Both the position numbers and the translations under genes were made by a program. The notes under the pieces are model-generated. The model saw nothing but the letters and a program-made list of their open reading frames with translations, searched no databases and was not told the origin of the DNA. Shown here one piece after another: positions 1 to 13,642 of a stretch of DNA of 64,000 nucleotides. The stretch comes from Mobula hypostoma. Its lineage: Eukaryota. The first letter of the stretch is position 1, and every line of letters begins with the position of its first letter. Location of the stretch: contig NC_086097.1 in assembly GCF_963921235.1 (NCBI RefSeq), forward strand, positions 195,736,001 to 195,800,000, read 5' to 3'.

Positions 1-152
1 TCTAGATGTGTAGTAGAAAGTGTGTTGACTGGCTGCATTATGGCCTGGTATGGGAACACCAATATTTTTGAGCAGAAAATCTCACACTAACTAGTGGATC
101 TGGCCCAGTACATCACAGGTAAAACCCTCCTGACCATTGAGCACATCTACCA
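1..152 (+). mobile_element. Rex1/Babar-like LINE 3' coding fragment
   Basis: Translates RCVVESVLTGCIMAWYGN, matching the other Rex1-like copies here (e.g. YRCTIESILLGCITTWYG near 41.2 kb). Confidence 0.7.
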
Positions 153-249
153 CACAGTTTTAAAAAATATTTTTCCCCACCCCACCCCACTCCACATCTC
201 CTCTGAAATTCCCCATCTGAATTAAATTCATGTACCCTAGTACTTCAAA

Positions 250-1384
250 AGTTGAGTTCAAATATCAGGAAGTTATGTTACAGCTTTATGAAACTCTAGT
301 TAGGCTGTATCTGGTGCATTGCCTGCAGTTCTGGTCATTCCATTATAGGAAGGATGCTGAGGCTTTGGAGAGGATGCAGAAGAGGTTTACCAGGATGCTG
401 CCTAGATTAGAAGGCATGTGCTATTACAGGAAGTTGGACAAACTCGGGTTGTTTTGTGTGGAGTGGCAGAGGCTGAGGGGAGATCTGATGGAAATTTTTA
501 AGATTACGAGAGGCACAGCTAGAGCAGACGGATAGTATCTAAATATCTAATACCAGACGGCAGAAATTTACGGTGAGGGAGGGAGGTGATTTTAAAGACT
601 TGAGAGGCAAGTTTTTTTCTACATGGAGAGTGGTATCTGGAATGTGCTGCTTTGGGTGGTGGGAGAGGCAGAAACACTAGGGACCCTTGAAAGACATCTA
701 GATAGACATGAATATAATGAAAATGGAATGATATAGACGTTGTGTTCTGACAATGAACATTCTGACAGGCTGCGTCACTGTCTGGTGTGGGAGGACTACT
801 GCACAGGATCGAAAGAAGCTACAGGAAGTTGTAAAATTAGTCAGCTCCATCTTGGGTACTACTCTCTGTAATATTCAAGACATCTTCAAGGAGCAGTGGC
901 TCAGAAAGGTAATGTCCATTTTTAAGAACCCCCATCACCCAGGACATGCCCTCTTTTCATTGTTACTGTCAGGAAGGAGGAACAGAAGCTTGAAGGAACA
1001 CACTCAGCAATTCAGGAATAGCTTCTTCCCTTCTGCCATATGATTGCTAAATAGACATCGAACCAGTGAACACTACCTCATCTTTTTTAATATTATTTCT
1101 GTTTTTGCATTATTTTTAATTTAACTATTTAATATACATATATATACTTATAGTAATTGATTTACTTATTTATTTTTTCTACATGATCATCTATTGCATT
1201 GTACTGCTACTGTAAAGTTAACAAATTTCACAACGTATGCCAGTGATATTATACCTGATTCTGATTGTATATGCAGAAAGGATTAGTTTATTTGGCTATT
1301 TGATTACTACTTTATTTGGTTAGGTACAACATTGTGTGCCAAAGGGACTGTTCCTGTGCTGTACTGTTCTATGTTTATGTTCTA
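250..1384 (+). mobile_element. CR1 LINE 3' fragment, split by a Rex1-like insertion
   Basis: ORF 230-535 (LYETLVR..CLQFWS..ERMQKRFTRMLP..LRGDL) is CR1 ORF2 C-terminus; the 3'UTR resumes at ~1266 and ends ctgttctatgtttatgttcta. Confidence 0.85.
750..1265 (+). mobile_element. Rex1/Babar-like LINE 3' end nested in CR1
   Basis: ORF 753-1043 (HPGHALFSLLLSGRR..FRNSFFPSAI); tail cctgattctgatt. Confidence 0.8.
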
Positions 1385-1839
1385 ATAGACACTTCTACCT
1401 ATGGACCAAGATTCTGACTGTATGCCCCATATATGTTTCTCATAATTTTCTAAACTTCTGTCAGAACCCTTCAGCTCTCCATAGGAAACAACCCAAGTTA
1501 GTCCAATCTCATAGCTCATACTCTATAATCCACGGAGAATCCCAAGGAACATCTGTATCTTTCCTAGATTTCCACATCCTTCTTGTGATGGAGCAAACAG
1601 AATTTCACATAATACTCCAAGTATAGCTGAATCAAAGTTTATTTTTTAGCAAATATAATGGTAAAACCATTCCAACTATAATGCAACTGTAACGAAAACC
1701 AATTTAGCCCGGGATCAATAAAGTATGACTATGACTATAAAAATCTGCTTGTCCTCAATCTTCCTTAATAACTTCAGCCAGATTTCCAGAATCTCAGTGA
1801 AATAGCATAATTTTTGCTTGTACTCCATAAGAGTATGAA

Positions 1840-2020
1840 GCAGACATAGGAGCAGAATTAGACTATTCAGCCCATCAAGTCTGCTCTGCCACTCCATCAT
1901 GGCTGATTTATTATCCCTCTCAATCCCATTCTCTTGCCTTCTCCCTGTAACCTTTGACATCCTGATTAATCAAGAACCTATCAACCTCTGCCTTAAATAT
2001 ACCCAATGAATTGGACTCCT
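1840..2020 (-). mobile_element. CR1 3'UTR fragment
   Basis: gacataggagcagaattag...tcaacctctgccttaaatatac matches the CR1 ends at 19.07 and 26.3 kb. Confidence 0.75.
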
Positions 2021-2329
2021 CCTCCTGGATTTCCACAACAATTAAAATAGATGGCTGCGATAAGATTAAAGTAGCTGAAGTGAGCATAAAGCTATTCAAT
2101 CAATCTGGACAAATTTGATAACTTTTAGGATCAGTTCTGGTGATGAAACACAGGAACGTAAGAAAATAGAAGCAAAGGTAGTTCGTCTGACCCCTCAAGC
2201 CTACATTCCTATTCAATATGATCTTGGCTGTTCTGTGCTGACTACAAGTCCTCTTCATATGAGAAAAGTAATCCCTGTACAAACCACCACATGGTAACCA
2301 TAGCTTTACTAACTATGAATATGTACTAA

Positions 2330-2460
2330 AATTTGGATGAGTAACAATGGATGGTAGGGCTATGGTCCCAGTGCAGGTTGATGGGAGTAGGCAGTTTAGA
2401 TAGTTTTGGCATGGACTGAAGGGCCTGTTTTTTTTTTCGCTGTATTTTTTATGACTCTAC
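2330..2460 (+). mobile_element. CR1 3' terminus
   Basis: tatggtcccagtgcagg..gaagggcctgttt..tatgactcta resembles the 38.7 kb CR1 end. Confidence 0.65.
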
Positions 2461-2887
2461 AACAACTTGCAAGGAATTTAGGAGAGTCAATCCAAAAATC
2501 ATGCAGGAGTTTTTTTCAGTTACACAAATTCTTACATATAAAGCTTTCAAAATCCAAGTCATGGTCTTGAGGTTCTCTCAGAATAATGGATGAGAAGGTA
2601 CGCAGCAGCATGATTATTAAAGGAATTAGAGATTCGTGTAATTAATTTATGAAACAAGTAAATGTCAGATGAAAATCCCCAATTACACCTGCCATCAGTA
2701 AATCTGAATAAAGTATTAAATACAAATGAAAAAATGAATATTTAGTATTATAAAGCAAATGTCATTTATTGCATTTTTCATTGACAGAGGTAAACTTTAA
2801 TCTTTATTTCCTAAGCAGTACTACAACAGGTGGATTGCATTGAATCTACTGATCATCCAACTGAAATAACGAAAATAAAATGGCAAG

Positions 2888-2987
2888 CAAGAGAAAATCT
2901 GCAGATGCTGGAAATCTGAGCAACACACACAAGATGCTAGAGGAACTCAGCAGGCCAGGCAGCATCTATGAAAAAAAATAGAATCGA
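2888..2987 (-). mobile_element. Penelope-like terminal fragment
   Basis: aaatctgcagatgctggaaat..cagcaggccaggcagcatctatg matches the PLE termini elsewhere; it stops before the ribozyme core. Confidence 0.75.
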
Positions 2988-4128
2988 TCTGCTTCTGTAC
3001 ACAAGGACTGACCCAACGTCTACTTTTAAACTTTCCTTGACTGCTTGCATCAAAAATCATCAGATTTTACAATGGACAGGCAACTGCTTCAGAAACATTA
3101 TTGCCCAGATGAAGGAAGATTCACCCAGAATATTAAAATCACTAAAGCATAAAATGTTATCTATCTTAATCTCGTAATTCTGGTGGAAAAGCACTGATAA
3201 ATGCAAAACACAATTTTGGCATCAGAGTTATCAATTTTACTGATAAATTTGTTACTTTGTATTTTGCTTTGACTTCAATATGTGCATTATGTTTAAAAGA
3301 TTGTTTCGTCTTGGATGAAAGCATTGCTGGTAATTATTGTCCATTTCATCATTTCCAAGAAAGAAACTGGGCCTTCCAAAAAACCAATTTGATGTTTAAT
3401 TTACTTATTTACTTTGGAGGAAACTTACTTATAACAACATTAGAGTGATACTGAAGTCACAGAAGAGTTTGAGATGACTTGCCAAAATTCTCTAGAAATC
3501 CAGGATGTCCCAATGGATTGGAAGACACTGACAGTCATGAAATAAAAACATAATATGTTGAGAGCACACAACAGACTAGGCATTATTTGTGGAAAGAGAG
3601 ACAAAATTTCAGCTCCAATGCCCTTTATACTAGTTGGTTTTCCTTGCATTGAGACACCCCGGCGTTGTGAATTAATCAACAATAATGAGGCTTCTTATTA
3701 AAAATCTATAGTAGCTTGCTAATTTCAAAGTGTCATTGCATGCATAGCCAGCAGAGGGAGCCTTAATATGAAGGTAGTAACATTGTTCATTGCCTTCTGA
3801 TATAAAAGACTGAAAAATAAGAATAGCTTCTGCAAGTTGTCTGAACCCAAAGCTTACTTTTTTTTTGAGCAAACAATTTATTTTAATTTTTGAATAGTTC
3901 CTTGCTGAAGTCAACTGCCACTTGAAAGGTTGTACGAATCATGAAATAACACATGTCAACAAAATTTAAATGGATGTCAGAAAATAAGAAAATGTATTTC
4001 TGACACCTGTATTTGTTGGTTTACTTATTCTTTTCTTAGAGTCTTCTCCCTGGACCTTCACAGCAAATAGCCAAAACATCCCGTAATACTTGCTGCTCAA
4101 AATTCCAGCAATTGTTTTACAATTTCCT

Positions 4129-7100
4129 CTACCAATTTCAACCATACGTAAGCTATTTCTCCAAATCCACTGCAAGAAATAATGCAAAAATAGAGCTCTC
4201 ATATTGATATTTGCAACTATCCAAAATATCAGTATCTTTCTACAAAGGTATATAGAAACTCTGATATGACTTTCCTATAATGATTGCAAAAGTGGTAGGA
4301 CTTATTGGCGGTAGCACAACTTAATTGTTCAAATTCCAAGCAAAGTGACAGCTAAGCCATCAATCTATTGGAGCCAAACTGCAGAGATGGAGACAATAAA
4401 CTGGCTACTGTTATAGTGGTGCCACAACAGAACTATTAGTTAGTCGCCTACTTTGTCTTACGTTGTTGTCCTTAAAAGTAAACTTATACCTTACTTTAAT
4501 CATTAATATAAATCTCACTGTCAGTGTTTGTTCAACTGATCTATTGGAGGTTTTAATGAAATTATTCTTACTGTTAGAAATTATTGTCAGTGAGCCAGCT
4601 GAGAGAAAATCCCCTTTCTGAAATCTATTTCACAGCAACATGTCAGGGATGTTGGTTTAGACCTCCCCGTCTTTGTATTCACTAATTTATGTTTATTTAA
4701 CTACCCTTTGTTTTTTTATCTCATTTTCTAAGGATTATAGGATTTATTCAGGAATAGTCCATGATCATTCAGTGCCATATGCCCACTCTGCCTTCAGATA
4801 TAATATGCACAACCTAATGAAAATTATTATGTTTAAGGGTTACTATTTCTCTTTCCGTAGATTCTGCTAGACATGCAATTTTTAAAATTTCTATCTTAAC
4901 TCCATCTGCTTGCTTAATTCTACAATTTTTAAAAAGGTTGTCTATGCAAAATCTATCTATTTTAAATTGTGAAATTTTGAACTGGGATTAACCTCTTCTT
5001 AACATTCCAATGAGAGAAGTAGTTTCCCAGTACCATTTAAACTCAAAAACTCCGTTGACCATGTTAAGATCCTCAATTAGATCATTTGCTAATTGTTCCA
5101 TGTTCAAGGAAATTTAAACCTAATCCTTGCAGTTTATTCTCATAACTTAAACCATTTATGCATTTTGGTGATATTGTATTTATTGCTTCCAAAGCAATAT
5201 ATTTTTCTTGATCTTTAATGCTCCGCGCTAAATGCGATATTCCAAACAGACATCAAAGCAGAGCTTTGTGCAGTTTCAATGCTGTTTCTAGCCATCTTCT
5301 CATAATCTATGTAGGCTATAGTGTCGCTGAACAGCAGAATTTGTGGAACCCATGTTCAATGTTGTGCTTCATGTTTCTGTTTCATAGGATATTCCAGGAA
5401 ATCTCCCACATATTGATATGATGATGTAATCCAAGGCAGGACAATTTGTGATTTCAGGGAGGGACCTTGAGGTCTTTGTGCTCCATTATGTCTGCCACTC
5501 TTAACCTGAAAGTGGATTTGAAAGAAACTATCAAAGAAGCTTTAATGCTTACTACAATGGGAATTGTAGATGCTAAAACCAACAGCCATGTAGTGCAGCG
5601 GGTAAGAGGGGTGAATATTTACCAGGCTGATCACACAGACTCAACACAACTGTATTGCAAGGTGCTGAATGTTTATTTTAACTTAGGCTAAAGGAATATA
5701 CCGTATCTCGTTACAGTTCTGATTTCTAGATAATCCATCGGGGGAGCCATCAGTAAGTCACTACCAATTTCAACCATACATAAGCTATTCCTCCAAATCC
5801 ACTGCAAGAAATAATGCAAAAATAGAGCTCTCATATTGATATTTGCATATGTATCAACCTATTGTGTCCCAGCAGCTATCCAAAATATCAGTATCTTTCT
5901 ACAAAGGTATATAGAAACTCTGATACGACTTTCTTATAATGATTGCAAAAGTGGCAGGACTTATTGGCAGTAGCACAACTTAATTGTTCAAATTTCAAGC
6001 AAAGTGACAGCTAAGCCATCAATCTATTGGAGCCAGACTGCAGAGATGGAGACAATAAACTGGCTACTGTTATAGTGGTTCCACAACAGAACTATTAGTT
6101 AGTCGCCTACTTTGTCTTACGTTGTTGTCCTTAAAAGTAAACTTATGCCCTACTTTAATCATTAATATAAATCTCAATGTCAGTGTTTGTTCATCTGATC
6201 TATTGGAGGTTTTAATGAAATTATTCTTACTGTTAGAAATTATTGTCAGTGAGCCAGCTGAGAAAATATCCCCTTTCTGAAATCTATTTCACAGCAACAT
6301 GTCAAAGATGTTGGTTTAGGCCTCCCCTGTCTTTGTATTCACTAATATATGTTTATTTAACTACCGTTTTTCTTATCTCATTTTCTAAGGATTATAAGAT
6401 TTATTCAGGAATAGTCCATGATCATTCAGTGCCATATGCCCACTCTGCCTTCAGATATAATATGCACAACCTAATGAAAATCATTCTGTTTAAGGGTTAC
6501 TATTTCTCTTTCTGTAGATTCTGCTAGACATGCAATTTTTAAAATTTCTATCTTAACTCCATCTACTTGCTTAATTCTACAATTTTTAAAAAGGTTGTCT
6601 ATCCAAAGTCTATCTATTTTAAGTTGTGAAATTTTGAACTGGGATTGACCTCTTCTTAACATTCCAATGAGAGAAGTAGTTTCCCAGTACCATTTAAACT
6701 CAAAAACTCTGTTGACCATATTAAGATCCTCAGTAAGAACATTTGCTAATGTTCCATATTCAAGAAAATTTAAACCTAATCCTTGCAGTTTGTTCTCATA
6801 ACTTAAACCATTTATGCATTTTGGTGATATTGTATTTAATGCTTCCAAAGCAATATATTTTTCTTGATCTTTAATGCTCAGCACTAAATGCAATATTCCA
6901 AACAGACAGCGGGTAAGAGGTGTGATTATTTACCAGGCTGATCACACAGACTCAACACGACTGTATTGCAAGGTGCTGAATGTTTATTTTAACTTAGGCT
7001 AAAGGAATATACCGTATCTCGTTACAGTTCTGATTTCTAGATAATCCATTGGGGGAGCCATCAGTAAGTCACTACCAATTTCAACCATACATAAGCTATT

Positions 7101-7324
7101 CCTCCAAATCCACTGCAAGAAAAAACGCAAAAATAGAGCTCTCATATTGATATTTGCATATGTATCAACCTATTGTGTCCCAGCAGCTATCCAAAATATC
7201 AGTATCTTTCTACAAAGGTATATAGAAACTCTGATATGACTTTCCTATAATGATTGCAAAAGTGGTAGGACTTATTGGCAGTAGCACAACTTAATTGTTC
7301 AAATTCCAAGCAAAGTGACAGCTA
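4129..7324. repeat. Tandem duplication: copies 4129-5760, 5761-7071 and partial 7072-7324
   Basis: ctaccaatttcaaccatac starts at 4129, 5761 and 7072. Copies are collinear with scattered substitutions; the unit includes a decayed minus-strand CR1 piece. Confidence 0.95.
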
Positions 7325-7529
7325 TAGACTATCAATCCCTGATCTACTTTTGTTACTCACACTGTTTACCTGAATCTGGATAACAATGACACCCACACCC
7401 TACAAGGATATTGAAGGAGCTGATGATGATAATGCAATTAGAATCCAATAACTAGAACTGTCTTCTTTTGTTTAAGACATAAACTGAATCAGTGTATGAA
7501 TTATTCCATGATTCCCACTCACTTTTGAG

Positions 7530-8230
7530 GACTGCATTGGTTCTACCTCTTGCTTCTGTGAGAAACTCTTCGATTTTATCACTTTTCCACCAGCTTCAAC
7601 CCTGCTCTCAAATTCAAGTTAGACCATTTCTAAACCTTCACTCCCTTTACTTGATCTTTCTGGCTCCCTTTCAAAGGACCCTGATATTTACTATAAACGC
7701 ACTGACTCCCAGAGTTTCTGTTGGGACTCCTCTGTACATGGCTCTCTGGTCTGTTCAGCACTAGACACGCATTCCTCTCTGCCACTTTCCCCTGCCTTTG
7801 CAGCAGATGTAACACCTGTTCTTACAGCTCCTCCCTCACCAACATTCAGGGACCTAAACAGCCCTTCCAGGTCAGGCATATGTATTTCCTCCAAACTCAT
7901 CCACTGCATTGATGTTCCTAATATGGCTTCCTCAACATCAGTGAGACAAAGTACAGTACAGACTTTGAAAACATTTTGCAGAGCACCTACCCTCAGTCTG
8001 TGGTGGCTATTCCAAGCTCCAAGTTGCAGGCTTTTTCAGTTCCTCTTCCCATTCTCTCAGGGATCTGTCCATTCTTAAACTTCTCTACAGCCAGGATAAA
8101 GCCCAATGCAAAGTGGAAGAGTAACACCTTAAATTCCATCTACAATCCAATGGCATGAATAACGAGTTCTCCAATTTTAGGTACCTCCTCCTGTTTTATT
8201 CCTATACCCCCCCCCTTTTCATCATTCTCC
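7530..8230 (+). mobile_element. Old degenerate Penelope-like RT/GIY-YIG fragment
   Basis: Translates FPCLCSRCNTCSYSSSLTNIQGPKQPFQVR and ends ggcatgaataacgagttctccaattttagg, homologous to the PLE ORF end GMNIDFSNFR. Confidence 0.8.
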
Positions 8231-8714
8231 AGTTCTTCCATTTTTGTCCCCTTTACCACAGCACTTTATGTCAACCTGTCAATCTTAGGGCCATGCCACC
8301 CAAGGACTTGTGCCAATACAATTTTGTGACTGTATGTGTGGGAACATAACTACATGTGCTGAGTGTGACCATATGTACTGTTTTCACCTTGGCCCCAGAG
8401 GAAAAACATTTTATTTAGCTCTGTACATCAGTATGGTTGAATGACAATAAACTTGAACTTTCTCAGACAGCATGTTCTATATGTTAGCCACCCTGTAGTT
8501 GAAAAATTCTTCCTCTGATCCCTTCTAAAACTTCTACCCCTCACCTTAAATCCATGTTCCTTGGCTTTAGGCAACTCTGCCATGTTGCAAGTGTCTTATT
8601 CTTTACTCTATCTATGCCTTTCATAATTTTGGTTTAGATTTACCAGGTTCAATCTCAGGCTCCTCCATTCCAAGAAAAAAAAATTCAGACTAAGAGTTCT
8701 CCTCTCGTTATTTT

Positions 8715-8995
8715 TTTATTGATTTATTTTACTTAGTGATACAGTGAAGCTTCTGACCCTTTGACCCTCGCAACCTGGCATTGCCCTAATTTAATCCTAG
8801 CCTAATCATGGGACAATTTGCAACAACCAATTGACCGACCAACTAAAACATCTTTGGACTGTGAGAGGAAACCAGAACACCTGGAGGAAACACGTGGTCA
8901 CAGGGAGAATGTACAAACTTCTTACAAGTAATGGCCAGAATTGAACCCGGTTTGCTGGCACTGTAAGGCATTCTGCTTCCTCTGTGCTTCCATGG
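8715..8995 (-). mobile_element. HE1/V-SINE-like SINE
   Basis: tctttggactgtgagaggaaaccagaacacctggaggaaacac..tacaaact core shared with copies at 10.7, 24.6 and 35.0 kb. Confidence 0.7.
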
Positions 8996-10059
8996 TAACA
9001 TTCTATCCCAGGCCACAGCCTAATAACACTTCCCAGCAATTTCAGTGCTATCCCATTCTTCTAATGTTATTTGACCTGTAGCCTAACAATTTATAAAATT
9101 GTACCATGACCCATTTTATATTCTATGCCTTAGCTAATGAAGCATGCATATCATTTACCTTCTTCACTATCCCATATGCCTGTGCTGTCTCTTTTGGGGA
9201 TCATTCATTATGCATGTCTAATCCTTATTAGATATTCCTAAAACACAAGACACCCCCCCCCAAATTTATGAGTATTAAACTCATAATTGTCCTGCCCAGC
9301 TTACCAGCTAATCAATATCATTCTGAAGCCTAATGTTAATACCCTCCTCACTATCAACAACATCTTGTTGGTAGACATAGCTGTTGTTGCTGTGGAGTAT
9401 TTTATCTGGAGGCTCTGACAGGTCTGGACTACAAATCTTCAACACTACCGAATATCAAGATCCATAACCTTTTCTTTGTTTATACATTTAGTAATCAAAT
9501 GAACAAATTAACAGTTGAGTGGCTTCATGGTGGGGAAACATCAACATGAGGCTGAGAAAGATCTTTCACTGGATGAATGAAGCTAAAGAAGAATGCAAAT
9601 CCTTAAGACTTGTCCTTTGCATGTACATGTTAAGTAAGGTGACTTATTTGTCCCTCGTTTACAACTACATATGATAGGGCCTCAGAGCTTTGATATGACT
9701 GTGCATAGCTTAACTCTGCCTACAGTACTCTTGGTGAGGAAGATAGTAGGTGGTAATCATTAGGATAGCTCAGTGTTTGAGCTTGAACTGACACAATGAA
9801 GTTTCATGGTGCTCAGGATTAATGCCATTACATTATACTAGGTACAATTCTGCACTCAGCTTGACTGGGTCTGCATTGCCCTTAGAATAAACCATACCCA
9901 GGGATAATGATAGAGGAATCTGAGATATGGCTGGAAGTTCACCATGTCAACTGAGTGAGTGTGACAATGTCAGACTGTCATTTCTTGGTCTTTGTTTGGT
10001 GGGAAAGTTTTTCAAGTTTTCACTTTCTCAAATGTTAGTGGTGGAGACTTAAAAGAATT

Positions 10060-10850
10060 TATTTAGTGAAACAGCACAGAATAGACCCTCAAGCCATGCC
10101 ATCCCAGCAACAAACCCCTGACAAACCTGATTAACCCTAACCTAATCTAATTTTTATAGATGCACTGCAGAAAGCATTCTTCTAGGGTGCATCACAACCT
10201 GTCCTGTCCAAGCCACAAGAAGCTGCAGAAGATTGTGAACACAGCGCAGCACATCACACAAACCAATCTTCCGTCCGTGGACTCACTTTACACCGCACGC
10301 TGTCGGAGCAGTGCTGCCAGAATAATCAAGGACACGACCCACCCAGCCAACACACTTTCCGTCCCTCTTCCCTCGGGGAGAAGGCTCAGGAGCTTGAAGA
10401 CTCGCACGGCCAGATTTGGGAACAGCTTCTTTCCAACTGTGATGAGACTGCTGAACAGATTCTGACCCGGATCTGGGCCGTACCCTCCAAATATCTGGAC
10501 CTGCCTCTCGGTTTTTTTTGCACCAGCTTACTTTCCCTTTTCTATTTTCTATTTATGATTTATAATTTAAATTTTTAATATTTACTATCGATTTGTACTC
10601 CAGGGAGCGCGAAGAGCAGAATCAAATATCGCTGTGATGATTGTACGCTCTAGTATCAATTGTTTGCCAACAATAATCACAAGACAATTCACAATGACCA
10701 ATTAACCTGACTGGTACGTCTTTCGACAGCAGGAGGAAACCAGACGGTCTGGGGAAACCCACACATCCCATGGGGAGGATGTACACCAGAAATGCACCAG
10801 AAATGACTCCGAAGCTGTAATAGCGTCATGCTAACCGCTACGCTGTGGCA
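10060..10850 (-). mobile_element. HE1/V-SINE-like SINE interrupted by a Rex1-like LINE
   Basis: The host reads ttaaccctaacctaatc|acaagacaattcacaatgacc across the insertion, with taatc duplicated. Confidence 0.7.
10148..10676 (+). mobile_element. Young Rex1/Babar-like LINE 3' end
   Basis: ORF 10160-10465 (HPANTL..LPSGRRLRSLKTRTARFGNSFFP); near-identical to the minus-strand copy at 40.7-41.2 kb. Confidence 0.9.
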
Positions 10851-10949
10851 GCCAGTCACATGGGTTAAGTGTCCTGTTGAATTCAATAACATGGTTGGCT
10901 CATAAAGTATGATGGAATTCACCCTGCAATTAGAGTGGGAGAAGCTAAA

Positions 10950-12063
10950 GTCAGATGTATCAATATTACAGTAGAGTAAGGGGAATTACAGAGGCATGAG
11001 AGACGAGCTGGCCAAAGATGATTGGAAGGGGATGCTAGCAGAAATGACAGCAGAGCAGCGATGGCTGGAGTTTCTAGGAGTAATTCGGAAGGTGCAGGAT
11101 AGGTACATCCCAACGAAGAAGAAGTATTCTAAAGGCAGGATGACAAAATGATGGCTGACAAGGAAAGTCAAAGCTAACAAAAAAGGAAATGAGAGCACAG
11201 ATAGTAGAGTAAAAATTGTAAAATGGAAGGTAACTGGGAAGCTTTGAAAAACCAACAGAAAGCAACTACAAATGCCATAAGGAGGGAAAAGATGAGATTT
11301 GAATAGTAATGGGAGAGAAGGAAATGATAAACAAACTGATTAAGCATTTTGCATCTGTGTTCACTGTGGAAGACAGTATGCCAGACGTTCGAGAGTGTCG
11401 GGGGGAGCAAGAATGAGTGCAGTTGCTACTGTTATGGAGAAGGTGCTTGGGAAGCTGAAAGATTTGAAGGCAGTTAAGTCACGTGCACCAGATGGACTAC
11501 ACCCCAGGGTTCTGAAGAGATTGTGGAGGTATTAGTAATGATCTTTCAAGAATCACTAGATTCTGGCATGGTTCCAGAAGACTGGAAAATTACACATGGC
11601 TGTCCACTCTTCAAGAAGGGAGGAAGGCAGAAGAAAGGAAATTATTCCCCAGTTAGCCTAACCTCAGTGGTTGGCAAGATGTTGGAGTCGATTGGGTTTC
11701 TGTGTCAATTGGGATGAGGTTTCTGTGTACTTGAGACTATTTTCTAAACAGGGAGAAAATTCAAAAATCTGAGATGCAAATGGACTTGGGAGTTCTCTTA
11801 TAGGATTCCCTAAAGGTTAACTTGCTGGTTGAGTCAGTGGTAAGGAAGGTAAACGCAATGTTAGCATTCATTGAGAGAGGATTAGAATATAAAAACAAGG
11901 ATGTAATGTTGAAGCTTTATAAGGCACTGGTGAGGCCTCATTTGGAGAATTTAGAGCAGTTCTGAGCCCCTTATCAAAGAAAGAATGAGCTGACTTTGGA
12001 GAGGGGTCAAAGAAACTTCACAAAAATTATTCCGGGAATGAAAGACATAATATAAGGAGTGTT
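10950..12063 (+). mobile_element. CR1 ORF2 fragments with internal deletions
   Basis: IFQESLDSGMVPEDWKI..PLFKKG..GNY.PVSLTSVVGK, plus a downstream LYKALVRPHLE segment. Confidence 0.85.
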
Positions 12064-12247
12064 TGAGTCCATTTGCATCTCAGATTTTTGAATGTGTGTA
12101 TTGCAGAGCACTGGAGATATTTTGTTGTAAGAAGCATATTTAGGTCTCTGTGGAGACCTCAGATAGTGCTTTTCTGTGCGTATGCTCTTTGGAGAAGAGA
12201 ACATGTATGCGCAAGCAGCCACAAAGGTCTTTCACCCATTTTTTAAT

Positions 12248-12545
12248 AGTCATAGAAAAGTACAGCACAGAAACAGGCCTTTTGGCCCATCTAGTCAATG
12301 CTGAACCATTTAAACTGCCTACTCCCACCAACTTGCACCGGACCATAGCCCTCCATGTCCCTACTATCCATGCACCTATTCTCTTAAGTGTTGAACTCGA
12401 GCTTGCATGCACCACCTGTGCTGGCAGCTCATTCCACACTCTCATGACCCCTGAATGAAGAAGTTTCCACTTATGTTCCCCTTAAACTTTTCAGCTTTCA
12501 CCCTTAACCAATGGCCTCCAGTTGTAGTTCCACCCAACCTCCACT
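12248..12545 (-). mobile_element. CR1 3' end
   Basis: catagaaaagtacagcacagaaacaggcc.. terminus and RVWNELP motif. Confidence 0.8.
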
Positions 12546-12834
12546 GAAGAGAGTACAGATGGTGGAGGTAACATGTTGAAAGGAGGATGTTTTGGAGATT
12601 ATTGACAGGAAAAAAAATTGGAGAATAATTAGTGTTCGGGCATTGGGAGATGATCAGGAGGGCCAGGAAGATGTTTGAATTGTTGTGATAGGGGCAAAGT
12701 TGATCAGCATGGGTTTGGTTAAGGAGATAATTGGGAGAAGAAGGGAGGGACGCAAGAGACTTCAGATGCTGGGGTCTCATCTGGTCCCTCTACACCATCT
12801 CTTTGGTCCTGAAAACACAGCAGCATCTCTCTTC

Positions 12835-13311
12835 CTGTGCAGATTGACCACAAGTCCCTACAAATGATTACAAGAATTGCTGAGAGGATCATTGGCATCT
12901 GTCATCCACCTAATAGAGATATTTATCAGGAGTGCTACATATTCAGGGCCCTAGGTATTGTCAATGATCCTCCCCATCCATCCAACATTCTGTTTGATCC
13001 CCTACCCCTACAGGAGGTACTGTAGCATTAGGATGGGAAACTGCTTCTACCCCCAGGCTGTAAGACTACTGAACTCCCTGCCACCACCTAAGTTTCGTCA
13101 CACATGAAGCACCAGTAGTGTTATACTCTTTACTTTTTAACTTGTACCCGTAAATACATCTTATTATTTGTGAATTTATTCATGGTAATATTACTTTCTG
13201 TGTTATGTGCGTGAGATATATGTACTGTCACATGAGCTTTGGTCTGGTGGAATATTGTTTCATCTGTACAATTTTGCAATTGTATCATTCATGTGTACAG
13301 CTTGAACTTGA
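12835..13311 (+). mobile_element. Rex1-like LINE 3' fragment
   Basis: DHKSLQMITRIAERIIG..DPPHPSNILFDPLP; tail cttgaacttga. Confidence 0.65.
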
Positions 13312-13642
13312 TGCTGTACCGATGTACAATATGCAAGATGCTCTGCAGCAACTGATTAAAATTAGTTTAACAGCAATCCCTTTACCATAAAAGACAAAAT
13401 TAACACTCTAATTGCCCTGATTTGGACATGTCAGACTATGATAGTATAAGCACTTTCGACTTAATAGAATGCAGTCATTCAAGTACAAAACCCAGAACAA
13501 TCTTCCGAGGGCAAATTGGGATGGATAACAATACGACTCTGAAACAAACTTTCACCTAAATCTCAAATGCAAACATTTTAGAAGTTCACTCTGTGTGTCT
13601 CCAACTCAAATGCACAATAAAACTGAGTGAGGATAGTCCATT

